From: Chloroflexota bacterium
Lineage (GTDB): Bacteria > Chloroflexota > UBA11872 > VXNJ01
Length of the DNA stretch: 64,000 bases
Assembly: GCA_963664795.2 (NCBI GenBank)
Contig: CAXXYJ010000024.1
Coordinates: 4,154-68,153 of the forward strand
Direction: 5' to 3'
Both the position numbers and the translations under genes were made by a program. Under the pieces are notes generated by a model, which was not told where the DNA came from, searched no databases, and was given only the letters and a program-made list of their open reading frames with translations. Positions 18,771-31,080 of this stretch are shown one piece after another. The stretch's first letter is position 1; each line of letters opens with the position of its first letter.

Positions 18771-19565
18771 TCACGGCGGCCGCACTGCATCGAAGGAATA
18801 GACGGCCCTGAGCCCCGTCGACCGGGCTCCCAGGCGCCTGGCCAGCGCCAGCGAAACCGAGTTCTGAACCGCGATCTCGGCGGTGAGCGCCGCAATCCCG
18901 TTGTCCCGCATCCAGCCAACCCCCGCGGCCAGCGCCCCGCGCAGCCCGAACCGGCGCCGCAGCCTGGGCGCCGCGCCCAGGAATCCCACCTCGCGCATCG
19001 GTCCGTCGCCGGCCAGAAAAAACAGGCCGACCGGCTCGCGGCCGGCCATCACGACCCGGCCCAGGTAGTCCTCGCGGCCCTGCACCGCTGCGCCCTGTTG
19101 CAATTGGCCGGCCGTTCGAACGAGCGCGGTCCGGCTTGAGAGCCCCAGGTCCCGGGGAGCGAACACACTTTCGAAGAAGGCGAGGAACGGCGCGGGTCTC
19201 ATCGCATCGACCGGCTGACAGGTGATCCCTGAAGGGACGGGTCCAAATTCGGGCAAGCGATCGATCCGTACGATCCGGCGCAGCTCGTCGGCGCCCAGCG
19301 CCGCCGGATCGATCGCATCCATTCCCGCGTTGAGGCGGACGCTCAGCGCGCCCGCGCCGCAGCGACCGGCGACCGAGCGGGCCAGTTTGCGGCTCAGCTC
19401 GGGCAGCAGATCAAAGTCGAGGTCGGCCTCGTCCAGGGCGGCGACCCCGCTGCTTAGGTCGGCCGCTGCGGCCAGCGCGCGGACCAGGTCCGGGCCAGTT
19501 TCTTCCGCGCCCGAAACCGAATGCTCTCCCGGCCCGGCCTTACGCATCCTCGGCAGTCGCGGCAT
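18771..19565 (-). CDS. GNAT-family N-acetyltransferase-like protein
   Basis: 264-aa ORF. The C-terminal half 'VGLFFLAGDG...LGAAPRLRRRFGLRGALAAGVGWMRDNG' resembles the acetyl-CoA binding R/Q-x-x-G-x-G/A motif. The N-terminal half is not recognised. 4-nt overlap with the LLM start. Confidence 0.5.
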   Translation of the reverse strand: MPRLPRMRKAGPGEHSVSGAEETGPDLVRALAAAADLSSGVAALDEADLDFDLLPELSRKLARSVAGRCGAGALSVRLNAGMDAIDPAALGADELRRIVRIDRLPEFGPVPSGITCQPVDAMRPAPFLAFFESVFAPRDLGLSSRTALVRTAGQLQQGAAVQGREDYLGRVVMAGREPVGLFFLAGDGPMREVGFLGAAPRLRRRFGLRGALAAGVGWMRDNGIAALTAEIAVQNSVSLALARRLGARSTGLRAVYSFDAVRPP

Positions 19566-21167
19566 CGCCTTCCGGGCTCCGGCCCCAGCCGCCTCCGCCG
19601 GGCGAGCGCAGCGAGATCACCTCGCCGGCCTCAAGCGTCACGGTCGCCTTGGCGCCGACGCTCTCCCAGCCGCCGGCGCGCAGGACCCTGTTGTCGCCGG
19701 GGACGCCTTCGCCGCCGCCGGCCAGCCCCCAGGGGCGGTGTAGGCGGCGCTCCCCGAGCAGGGTCACTTCGGTCTCGGTGAGCACCTCGATGTCGCGCCG
19801 CAGGCCCATTCCGCCCGGATGGTCCCCGTCTCCACCCGAACCGGTGCGCAGCGAATAGCGCCGCACCCTAACCGGCAGGGCGTGCTCGAGCGCCTCGATC
19901 GGCGAATTCCAGGTGTTGCTCATGGCCACGTGGATCCCGTGCGCGCCGGGCCGGGTCGGCCCGCCGCCGGAGCCGCCGCCCATCGTCTCGTAGTAGGCGA
20001 ACGGGGCGGAGCGCTGCTCGTCGTACCCGCCAAGGGTGATGTTGTTCATCGTTCCCTGGCCGGCCGCCGGCACCAGGTCGGGCAGGGCCGGCGCCAGCGC
20101 TCCCCAGACCGCATCGACCACGCGCTGCGAGGTTTCGACGTTGCCGCCGGCGACCGGGCGCGGCGATTCCGGGTCCAGCAGCGACCGCGCCGGCACGCTG
20201 ATCGAGACCGATCCGTAGAGGCCGTCGTTGGCGGGCACGTCGTCGCCGACGATGCAGCGCAAAACGTAATAGACCGCCGAGCGCGCCACCGAGGCGGGCG
20301 CGTTGAGCGAACCGGTCACCTGCGGGCTGGTCCCTGAAAAGTCGAACCGCATTCCGTCCCGGTCGATGTCGACCCGGACCCGGATCGGCAGCGGATCGGG
20401 CGAGATTCCGTCATCGTCCAGGTGGTCGACGAACTCGTAGCTCCCGCGCGGCAGGCGGGCGATCCGGGCCCGCGCCAGGCGGGCCGAGTAGTCGATAAGT
20501 TCCTGCGAGATCGAAATCAGGCGCTCAAGGCCGTAGCGGGCAGAGATGTCGCCGGTCCGGCGCTCGGCCACCCGATGCGCCGCCAGCTGGGCGGTCAGGT
20601 CCCCGTGCCGCTCGGTCGGGGTGCGCACGTTGGCCACGATCAGGTCCAGCACGCCGCGCTCGATCGTCCCTGCCCGGACGAGCTTGACCGGCGGGATGAT
20701 CAGGCCCTCCTGGAATATCTCGCGCGCGATCGCCATCGAACCCGGGCTCATCCCGCCCACGTCGGCGTGGTGGGCGCGCGTGGCCGCGTAGCCGAACAGG
20801 GTCGGCCCGTCCTCGGCGGTCACGTAGACCGGCGAAACGGTCGTTATGTCGGGCAGGTGGGTGCCGCCCCGGTAAGGGTCGTTGAGGATCACCAGGTCGC
20901 CGGGGGCGGCCGCATCGCGCTCGAACAGCTCTATCGCGGCGGCAACCGACATCGGCATCGCCCCCAGGTGGACCGGGATGTGCTCGGCCTGGGCGATGAT
21001 CCGACCGCGACGGTCGAACACCGCACACGAAAAATCGCGCCGTTCCTTGATGTTGGGCGAAAAGGACGAGCGCTGCAGGGTAACGCCCATCTCCTGGGCG
21101 ATCGAGGCGAACAGGCGCTCGAAAAGCGAAATCTGGAAGGCGCCGACGGCGGCGCCGGGCACGTAGC

Positions 21168-21171
<4 letters not shown>
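19540..21171 (-). CDS. Hydantoinase B / oxoprolinase family protein
   Basis: 543-aa ORF. The N-terminus '[42 protein letters not shown]...HIPVHLGAM' is characteristic of HyuB-type subunits. The TTG start overlaps the valS stop (TTGA). Confidence 0.8.
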
Positions 21172-23836
<2,665 letters not shown>

Positions 23837-23922
23837 GGTTCCTTCAGGCGGGCGGTCCGGCGCGGGCGATGCGGGGGTCTGGGTGTCCGGGCATGTTTTC
23901 CTGCAGCGAATCCGGCGCGATT

Positions 23923-25256
23923 TTATTTCTCGCCGGCGGCGGCGGGCCGCAGCACCTGGCCCAGGATCAGCGGTTTCGGCAGCGCCGGCTGGGGAGAAAG
24001 TTCGAACGCGGCCGCGACCATATCGGCGACCGGTCCACCGCCGGAGTCGGACACGAACGCCCTCCGGCCAGCGGGCCGCCGGGGGGGGCGTCAACCCAAT
24101 CGCCGCGGCCGGCCAGGATCCTTATTCCGACGCCGTGATCGACATCGTCTTCCTTGGTCAGCCGCCCGCCGCCCAGCGAACGCACGAGCGCCCCGATCGC
24201 CCGGGCGTCGATTCCGTCCACGAAACCTTCCGCCTCTGACCGGACCTCGACCCGGCGGCGCCGTTCATGCGGCGGATCGGCCAGGAATCCGTCCAGGTCC
24301 CCGCCCTGGGACCTGACCATCGACGCGAATTTCTCGCGCGCCGCGCCCGACGCCAGCGCGCGGCCGGCGGCCTCGCGGGCCGCGCGCGGGGCCGGGCGCG
24401 CCCCTGAATCGCGCAGGAGCCCGGCGACTATGGTCAGGGCCAGCTCGACGACGTCGGGCGGGCCTTCCCCGGCAAGGGCCTCGAGCGCCTCGGAAACTTC
24501 GAGCGAATTACCGACCGCCCGTCCCAGCGGATGGTCCATGGACGAGACGTAGGCGCGTACCGTCACCCCGGCGGCGGAGCCGATTTCGGCCATCAGCTCG
24601 GCCAGCGCGAAGGCGTCGTCGTATGCGGGCATGAAGGCCCCGCGCCCGCATTTGACATCCAGCGCCAGGGTCGATGCCCCGCCCGCCAGCTTCTTGCTCA
24701 TCACCGATGCTGCGATCAGCGGGATCGAGTCGATCGTGGCGGTCACGTCGCGGAGCGCGTAAAGGATTCCGTCGGCCGGTGCGATCGCTTCACTCTGGGC
24801 CGCGATCGCCAGTCCGTGTTCGGCAACCTGCGCGCGCAGCTCCGACTCGTCCAGGCCGACCCGCATGCCCGGAATGGATTCGAGTTTGTCGAGCGTACCG
24901 CCGGTGATGCCCAGTCCGCGTCCCGAGAGTTTCGGCACCGCCAGGCCGCAGGCTGCCGCGAGCGGCACCGCAACAAGCGAAACCTTGTCGCCGACCCCGC
25001 CGGTTGAATGCTTGTCAACAACCCGGCCATCGGGCAGGGCCCAGTCCATGCGGGCGCCGGATGCGGCGATTTCCTCGGCCAAGACCACCGTTTCGTCGCG
25101 GTCAAGGCCCTTGAAGCAGACCGCCATCGCCCAGGCGGCGGCCTGGTAATCGGCCACCTCGCCGCCGACCAGGCCCTGGACGAAGCTCCTGATCTGGCCG
25201 GGCGGATGCCGCGCCCCGGACTTCTTGGCGGCGATGAAGGCTACGGGATCGAACAA
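23923..25256 (-). pseudogene. deoA: Thymidine/pyrimidine-nucleoside phosphorylase, frameshifted near the 3' end in this sequence
   Basis: 'VVDKHSTGGVGDKVSL' signature. Likely TTG start at 25256 (MFDPVAFIAAKK...). After 'GRGDWVDA' the family-like C-terminus 'AFVSDSGGGPVADMVAAAFELSPQPALPKPLILGQVL' continues in another frame and stops at 23923. A G8 run at 24081-24088 lies in the switch zone. 1334 nt is 444 codons plus 2. Confidence 0.85.
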
Positions 25257-25604
25257 GGCTGCTGTCTGATTCGAATTCTGATCGGATTGACCGGACCCGC
25301 GCCGGGACCGGCGGCGGCGCTGCGGAAATGGCGCGCGGCAATTTAATGATGAACTGCCGGAAGCGCCCGATAGGTCTCCGGTCGCGGCGGCGGAGACTCT
25401 ACCCGAAAGGTGGGGCAAGGCTCCGCAGATTTGGATCGGTCGGCCTCCCGGCGCAATGCCATCTGGCCGGATCAGAACGGGCCGAACCCGCGATTGCCAT
25501 GGTCGGGAAAATGAAGAAGCAAGATAGCGACATTTCGGATCGGCAAATCCAAGGTTTCCGGGCCGGATTGTTGCGTAGGCGTTCGAGAGGGCCGAGCCGT
25601 TACG

Positions 25605-26240
25605 GTGAGCAACGAGTCCGAAGTACTGGCGCTGGCCCAGACCATATATGAGCTGGGCGGCATTGAGTTCGGCAGTTTCACGCTGGGGCGTTCGACCGTC
25701 GATTCGCCCGTCTACATCAACCCGAAGGTCCTGTGCTCTAGTCCCGAGGCGCTGCGCGCGGCGGCCCGCGTGATGCTGGAAGAAATCCGTTCGCGGCAGC
25801 AGCTGCGCCGACCCCAGTGCGGACACTTCGACCTGATCGCCGGCGTACCGCTGGGCGGCCTCAACCTGGCCACCGCGATGTCGCTGGAAAGCGGAACCCC
25901 GCTAATTTACGTGAACCCCAGTCCGTCCGGCGGCTCGCGCATCGAGGGCCGCTACCTGCCCGGCCAAAACGTGCTGATCGTGGACGACCTGGTCACATCG
26001 GGGGGATCGGTCTCCGAAACCGTCCTGGCGCTGCGGTCGGTGGACCTAAGGGTCACCGACGCCGCGGTGCTAATCGACCGCGAGCGCGCCAGCGATTCGC
26101 GAAGCGCCGGCGCGGAGGTGAACCTGTTCAGCATCCTGCACCTTCGGCGGATCCTGAACTACTACATGTCGCGCGGCTGGATCTCAGAAGACAACTACCA
26201 GCGGTCGCAGAATTACCTGCGGGCCGGTTCGGGCGATTGA
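25605..26240 (+). CDS. pyrE: Orotate phosphoribosyltransferase-family protein
   Basis: 211-aa ORF with PRPP-binding loop 'QNVLIVDDLVTSGGSV' and 'LIAGVPLGGLNLA'. Confidence 0.8.
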   Translation: MSNESEVLALAQTIYELGGIEFGSFTLGRSTVDSPVYINPKVLCSSPEALRAAARVMLEEIRSRQQLRRPQCGHFDLIAGVPLGGLNLATAMSLESGTPLIYVNPSPSGGSRIEGRYLPGQNVLIVDDLVTSGGSVSETVLALRSVDLRVTDAAVLIDRERASDSRSAGAEVNLFSILHLRRILNYYMSRGWISEDNYQRSQNYLRAGSGD

Positions 26241-26342
26241 CCGGAATCGCGATTTGCCAAAAATTTTTAGAATATTCCTGCCCGCCCCCGGCTTCGCGGC
26301 TTCATGCGGTGGGCGGGACCACCTAGCAGTAAGGGTCAACAC

Positions 26343-26573
26343 GTGCCATCCGTAGGGCCGCTCGAGCTCCTCATAATCCTTGCGATCGTCCTGGTCGTTT
26401 TCGGGGTCGGCAAGATCTCGGGAATCGGCGGGGCGCTTGGCCGTAGCATCCGCGAATTCCGCGAAGAGGCCCGGCCCGAGGAAGGCGAGGGCGAAGGCGA
26501 GGAATCGGGCGACATGGCCGCCAGCGCCGACGCCGCCACGGCCGAATCCGGCGAGAGTAAGTCCGCCAACTAG
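26343..26573 (+). CDS. tatA: Twin-arginine translocase subunit TatA/E
   Basis: 'LELLIILAIVLVVFGVGKISGIGGALGRSIREFRE' (TM helix plus amphipathic helix) with an acidic tail. The GTG at 26343 gives the normal N-terminus; the ORF track start 26304 adds a non-family extension. Confidence 0.85.
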   Translation: MPSVGPLELLIILAIVLVVFGVGKISGIGGALGRSIREFREEARPEEGEGEGEESGDMAASADAATAESGESKSAN

Positions 26574-26611
26574 GCGATCGCCGGCCCGACCGGGCCGGAC
26601 CCCGGCCGCGA

Positions 26612-27148
26612 TCAGACCGCGCTCTGCTCCAGCTTCGGAGCAAGACTCCCCGGATAGAGGAACTCATGCCAGCCCGGCTCTTCGCGCCCGGCGGCCTTGA
26701 GCTGAACCATCCGATTCATCGAAATCAGCGGACGCTTCGGCCTGCTCCGCAGCCGCATTCCGGCCTGGCTGAGGGTCTTGCCGCCCTTGCGCAGATTGCA
26801 GCGCCGGCAGCTGGTGACCAGGTTTTCCCAGGTGCCCGGGCCGCCCAGCCGCTTGGGCAGAACGTGGTCGACGGTGAATTCGGCCTCGCGTGCGCCGCAG
26901 TACTGGCAGGTGTGGTCGTCGCGCGCAAAGAGTTCGCGCCGGCCGAGCTTGGCGCCCGGCGGCGGACGGCGGACGTAGTAGCGCATGCGGATCACCGAGG
27001 GCCGCGCCAGCGAGCTCTCGAAAAGCCGGAACCGCTGCCGGTGCTCGGACACCAGATCGGCCTTGCCGCGGTCGACCAGCACGTACGCCCGCCGGTCGGA
27101 ACAAATGTTCAGCGGCTGGTAGTCCTGATTGAGAACCAGGGTTCGCAT
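26612..27148 (-). CDS. HNH endonuclease-family protein
   Basis: 178-aa ORF with 'CQYCGAREAEFTVDHVLPKRLGGPGTWENLVTSCRRCNLRKG'. Confidence 0.85.
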   Translation of the reverse strand: MRTLVLNQDYQPLNICSDRRAYVLVDRGKADLVSEHRQRFRLFESSLARPSVIRMRYYVRRPPPGAKLGRRELFARDDHTCQYCGAREAEFTVDHVLPKRLGGPGTWENLVTSCRRCNLRKGGKTLSQAGMRLRSRPKRPLISMNRMVQLKAAGREEPGWHEFLYPGSLAPKLEQSAV

Positions 27149-27198
27149 GCAGCTAGCCTCCCGGCGGGATTATCCGCTAATGGCCCCGGAGCCCCCGG

Positions 27199-27882
27199 TT
27201 GACTGAGCGCACCGGTCCCGGATCCCAGGCCGCCGGTCCGCCGGCGCGTCACACCCGGCGCCTGCGGTTCGACAAGACCGGCCCGGCGCGCTATCTGCCC
27301 CACAACGACCTGATAACCGCGTTCGTGCGGGCGCTGCGCCGGATTAACGCGCCGCTGGCCTACAGCCAGGGGTTTTCACCCAAGCCGCGCCTGCGGTTCG
27401 GGCCGCCGCTGCCGGTGGGGCACTGCGGCCGCGGCGAACTGGTCGACATAGAGCTTTCCGTTCCGGGGCCCGAGGACCTGGTCGAACGCCTGGACCGGGC
27501 CTGTCCCGGCGGGATCAGCATCGTGGGCGAGGAGCGCCCGGTCGTCGGCCGGCGCTCGCCGATGGCGGCCGCGCGCGGCTACCGCTACCAGGTCATGCTT
27601 TCCGAACCCGAGCCCGACCTGCCAGCCCTGATCGAGCGGTTTATGCAGTTGGAGTCCGCGCCCGCCACGGTCCAGCGCGGTCCCGGCAAGGTGCGCAGCA
27701 TCGACGTTCGCCAAGCGGTCGGGGACCTCTCAGCGCGGGGTTCAGAGTCGTTCGAGGTTGAAATTGGGATCGGCGAAGGAACGCTCTGCCGGCCCGAGGA
27801 CGTGGCCCAGGCCCTGGGCGTCGGCGCCAAATCATGCACCCGCGTTAACGTCGCATACCAATTCGAGGAGGCCGCGCAGTGA
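27199..27882 (+). CDS. DUF2344 / TIGR03936-type radical-SAM-associated protein (stand-alone)
   Basis: 227-aa ORF with 'RLRFDKTGPARYLPHNDLITAFVRALRRINAPLAYSQGFSPKPRLRFGPPLPVG'. Confidence 0.75.
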   Translation: MTERTGPGSQAAGPPARHTRRLRFDKTGPARYLPHNDLITAFVRALRRINAPLAYSQGFSPKPRLRFGPPLPVGHCGRGELVDIELSVPGPEDLVERLDRACPGGISIVGEERPVVGRRSPMAAARGYRYQVMLSEPEPDLPALIERFMQLESAPATVQRGPGKVRSIDVRQAVGDLSARGSESFEVEIGIGEGTLCRPEDVAQALGVGAKSCTRVNVAYQFEEAAQ

Positions 27883-28835
27883 ACCCCACGCAACTGGCCT
27901 CGGCCCTGGCCGACCGCCCGGTCACCGCGCGTCCCATAACCGAGCGCGACGAAGGCGCCGGGACATTCCTGGCCGAGGACGGGCGGGGCGGGCGCTGGGC
28001 CCTCAAGCACTACGGCTCAGACCAGGACTCCTACCGCACCGAGCGCGAGACCCTGCAGCAGCTGGAGCGCTTCGACGCCCCCACGCCCCGGGTGGTGGCC
28101 TCCGACGACCAGGCGCCGGCGCTGCTGCTGAGCTGGCACGGGGACCGGACGCTGGACCAGGTCATCAGCGCCCGCGGCGACGACCCCCTGGTCGAACTCG
28201 GGCTGCGCGCCCTGATCGCGGTCGAGCTTGTGTTCGCCCAGATTTCGGGACCGCGCGAGGAATCCGACCAGCTCATGGTCGATCACCTGCGCCGCCGCGA
28301 CGAGGAGGACCTGCTGCGCAACGCCCGCGCCTGCCGACTGATAAACCCGGACCTGGACGACGCCGAGGACCTGCTGCGGCCGATATACGAGATTGCCTGG
28401 GAGGGGTCCTGGAACTACGGCTCGCTGGACTGCTCGGCCAGCAACCTGGTAACCGACGGTGATTCGGTCACCGTGATCGACTTTTCGGTCCTTGGGGCCG
28501 AGTGGGTGGAGCGCCGGCTCGCTTCCTACCTGATCGCCAGCGGGGCGCGCGGGGCCGGAGAGGAGTACGTCTGCGCAATTACCGGGAGCCTCGTGCTCAC
28601 CCTGATCGACCTGTTCGATTTCCTGGGCGGCGGCGGCTATCGGCCCGAACTGATCGGCATCCACCGGTTCCTGGCCCTGCTCTCGCTGCTCGAACGACTC
28701 GATAGCGCCCGGGCCGACGGGGCCGAAATCAGCCAGCGGCGCTGGCAATCGGTCGTGTCCGCGCTCGCCGAACCGGTGGCTCGGCCCGACGAATTGAGCG
28801 AACTGGCCTACGAGATGGAACTGCACCGGCGCTGA
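27879..28835 (+). CDS. Protein-kinase-like / aminoglycoside-phosphotransferase-fold protein
   Basis: 318-aa ORF. 'GRWALKHYG' (Lys in a beta3-like position) and catalytic-loop/DFG-like 'LDCSASNLVTDGDSVTVIDFS'. GTGA overlap with the upstream gene. Confidence 0.55.
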   Translation: MNPTQLASALADRPVTARPITERDEGAGTFLAEDGRGGRWALKHYGSDQDSYRTERETLQQLERFDAPTPRVVASDDQAPALLLSWHGDRTLDQVISARGDDPLVELGLRALIAVELVFAQISGPREESDQLMVDHLRRRDEEDLLRNARACRLINPDLDDAEDLLRPIYEIAWEGSWNYGSLDCSASNLVTDGDSVTVIDFSVLGAEWVERRLASYLIASGARGAGEEYVCAITGSLVLTLIDLFDFLGGGGYRPELIGIHRFLALLSLLERLDSARADGAEISQRRWQSVVSALAEPVARPDELSELAYEMELHRR

Positions 28836-28920
28836 CCCGATCCGGCGGCCGATGATGTGCGCCTACAATCGGAAAACACTGCGGCCGCAGAACTTGGGGC
28901 CGCCTGACGGGAGCCGCCCA

Positions 28921-29205
28921 ATGTCCCAGCCGCCAATCGAGCGCCCGTTCCGTCCCCGGGCCCGCGACGTCACCGTCGACGGCGTGCCCTGGATCGCCCG
29001 CATGTCCGACAAGGCCAAGGCCATGGCCGGCGGGTACATCGACGAGTACATCTACCCGTGCCCGATCGACCGCCGCGTGCTGGCCCAGCTGCAGCTCTCG
29101 TCCGAGGACTTCATCCAGATGTCGGTCGAGGCCGAAAGCGACGAGGAGCTGGCCCGAAACGTCCGCGCGCACGTGGCCGAACTGCGCAAGGCGCAGGTAG
29201 CCTAA
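28921..29205 (+). CDS. DUF5069-like small protein
   Basis: 'VDGVPWIARMSDKAKAMAGGYIDEYIYPCPIDRRVL' resembles the DUF5069 pattern. Start chosen at ATG 28921 (ORF track 28852). Confidence 0.55.
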   Translation: MSQPPIERPFRPRARDVTVDGVPWIARMSDKAKAMAGGYIDEYIYPCPIDRRVLAQLQLSSEDFIQMSVEAESDEELARNVRAHVAELRKAQVA

Positions 29206-29266
29206 GTCCGACTGGCCGCGCTCCGGCGCGGCATCCGCCGCCCGGCGGGCCTATCTATACTCCCTT

Positions 29267-29339
<73 letters not shown>

Positions 29340-29369
29340 CCCCATCCGACCGTCGACGACGCCCCCGGA

Positions 29370-30239
29370 TCAGGGCCGGTAGCGATCGTGTCCGCGGAAA
29401 CCGCAATCGGGTACACGGAACACTCCGGCCGGCCCCATGGTCACGTAGAGATCGGAAAGATCCGGTCCTCCGAAACACAGGTTGGTCGGGATCCCCTCCG
29501 GCGTGGGCTGCATCTCAATCACCCGTCCGTCCGGTTCGAACACGCAGATCATGGGTCCGGGTCCGCTGACCGCCCAGCCGGTCGCCGCCATGACGAATCC
29601 CTCGGAGGTGAGGGTCAGGCCGTCGGCGCCGCGGGCCGGGGCGAAGTTGTGCATGACCGCCGGTTCTCCCAGGGTTCCGTCGGCCTCGACCGGGTAGGCG
29701 CGCAGTTCGCGCGCGCTGCCCTCGCTGTAGCCGCTCTGGGCCAGGTAGAGCGTCTTCTCGTCCGGCGAGAGCAGCAGACCGTTCGGCCGCGTCGTATCGA
29801 AAGTCAGCCGGGTCAGGGTATTGGATTCGGGATCGAACCGGTACGCCGACTCGTGGTCCAGTTCCATGTCGGCGCGGTTCTCGTCGTAGCGCGGGTCGGT
29901 GAACCAGATCCGACCGCGCGAATCCATGACCAGATCGTTGGGTGAATTGAGCCGGTCGCCGCCGAAGTTGTCCACCATCACTTCGCGCCGCCCGTCCCGG
30001 ATCACCGACACGCAGCGCCCGATCATCTCGCAGCAGTAGAGATCGCCGCTTTCTGCAAGCAAGAGGCCGTTGGCCTGGTTGGTTCCCTGGAAAAATCGCT
30101 CGGTCGCACCGGTTTCGGGGTCAAAGGCGACGATCCGGTGGTTGTACATGTCCGTGAACAGCAGCCTCTCGCCGGTCCACTGCGGTCCTTCGGTGAAGGA
30201 GTACTGCCCGCCGATGGGTTCAAATTGCCATTCCGCCAC
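29370..30239 (-). CDS. SMP-30/gluconolactonase/LRE-family beta-propeller protein
   Basis: 289-aa ORF with 'LNSPNDLVMDSRGRIWFTD' and 'RPNGLLLSPDEKTLYLAQS'. Confidence 0.8.
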   Translation of the reverse strand: MAEWQFEPIGGQYSFTEGPQWTGERLLFTDMYNHRIVAFDPETGATERFFQGTNQANGLLLAESGDLYCCEMIGRCVSVIRDGRREVMVDNFGGDRLNSPNDLVMDSRGRIWFTDPRYDENRADMELDHESAYRFDPESNTLTRLTFDTTRPNGLLLSPDEKTLYLAQSGYSEGSARELRAYPVEADGTLGEPAVMHNFAPARGADGLTLTSEGFVMAATGWAVSGPGPMICVFEPDGRVIEMQPTPEGIPTNLCFGGPDLSDLYVTMGPAGVFRVPDCGFRGHDRYRP

Positions 30240-30372
30240 GCCTGGTCACTCCCGGGTCTATGCCGCCGCGGCCCTATCGCCCGCGCATAAGTCAAATCCA
30301 CCTTAATTTGGAGGGCCGGGGCGGGAAAGCGCACCCCGCCCCGGATAATGTTGCGATCCAAATCGCCGCCCG

Positions 30373-31080
30373 ATGACAATGGCCTCCCGCCGCAAGAAAT
30401 CCAACGCCCCCAAATTCAAGATCCGCCGCTGGCGCGAAAGCCGCGCCAAGCGCTCGGCGCGCACCGCCGAAATCGTCTCCCGGCTGCACGAGGGTTACCC
30501 CGACGCCGACTGCGCGCTGACCTACTCCAGCCCCTGGGAGCTGCTGGTCGCGACCATCCTCTCGGCCCAGTGCACCGACGAACGGGTGAACGCCGAGACT
30601 CCTGCCCTGTTCGCCCGCTTCCCCAGCCCGCAGAGTTTTGCCGAGGCCGACATCGCCGAGATCGAGGAGCTGGTGCGGCGCACCGGCTTTTTCCGCAACA
30701 AGGCGCGCGCGATCAAGGAATCGGCGACCGCGCTGGTCGAGGAATTCGACGGCGAGTTGCCGCGGACGATGGAAGAGTTGCTCACTCTGCGCGGGGTGGC
30801 GCGAAAGACTGCAAACGTGGTGTTGGGCACCGCGTTCGGTATCGCGGTCGGGGTAGTCGTGGACACGCACGTAAGCCGGCTCTCGCAGCGCCTGGGGTTA
30901 ACCGCCCGAACTGACGCCCCGGGGATCGAGAAGGACCTGATGCAGCTCGTGGATAAGTCCGAGTGGGTGTACTTCGGGCACTCGCTGATCCTGCACGGGC
31001 GGGCGGTCTGCAAGGCGCGCCGCGCCCTCTGCGGGGAATGCTCGCTGGCTGAGATCTGCCCCTCGGCGGTTACCGCCTAG
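30373..31080 (+). CDS. nth: Endonuclease III
   Basis: 'LVATILSAQCTDERVN', HhH-GPD 'LRGVARKTANVVLG', and 4Fe-4S 'CKARRALCGECSLAEIC'. Confidence 0.9.
   Translation: MTMASRRKKSNAPKFKIRRWRESRAKRSARTAEIVSRLHEGYPDADCALTYSSPWELLVATILSAQCTDERVNAETPALFARFPSPQSFAEADIAEIEELVRRTGFFRNKARAIKESATALVEEFDGELPRTMEELLTLRGVARKTANVVLGTAFGIAVGVVVDTHVSRLSQRLGLTARTDAPGIEKDLMQLVDKSEWVYFGHSLILHGRAVCKARRALCGECSLAEICPSAVTA

Larger units (their letters stand above)
15982..18774 (-). pseudogene. Luciferase-like (LLM-class) flavin/F420-dependent oxidoreductase, interrupted by an IS element
   Basis: The N-terminal fragment 17794-18774 carries 'DTLWLGEHHFQHEG'. The C-terminal fragment 15982-16176 carries 'AWLCGPPDAVAERL...LRRFAEEVMPRF'. 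The two are in phase: 981 + 195 nt = 392 codons once 16177-17793 is removed. Confidence 0.85.

Noticed and set aside
25581-25593. 'GUUCGAGAGGGCC' just upstream of pyrE, reminiscent of the PyrR-binding loop (UCCAGAGAGG).
   Set aside because: It only partly matches the consensus. I could not fold a convincing flanking stem by eye, and no pyrR is in the window. It needs a covariance-model scan before any claim.
25257-25826. N-terminal ~190 aa of the 619-aa ORF 23967-25826.
   Set aside because: Family similarity to thymidine phosphorylase begins only at 'FDPVAFIAAKK' (TTG 25256). The upstream part is low-complexity and lies in the divergent intergenic region with pyrE.
26460-26525. GAAGGCGAGGGCGAAGGCGAGGAA periodicity.
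   Set aside because: It simply encodes the acidic EGEGEGEE tail of TatA. It is not a tandem-repeat element or a CRISPR-like structure.
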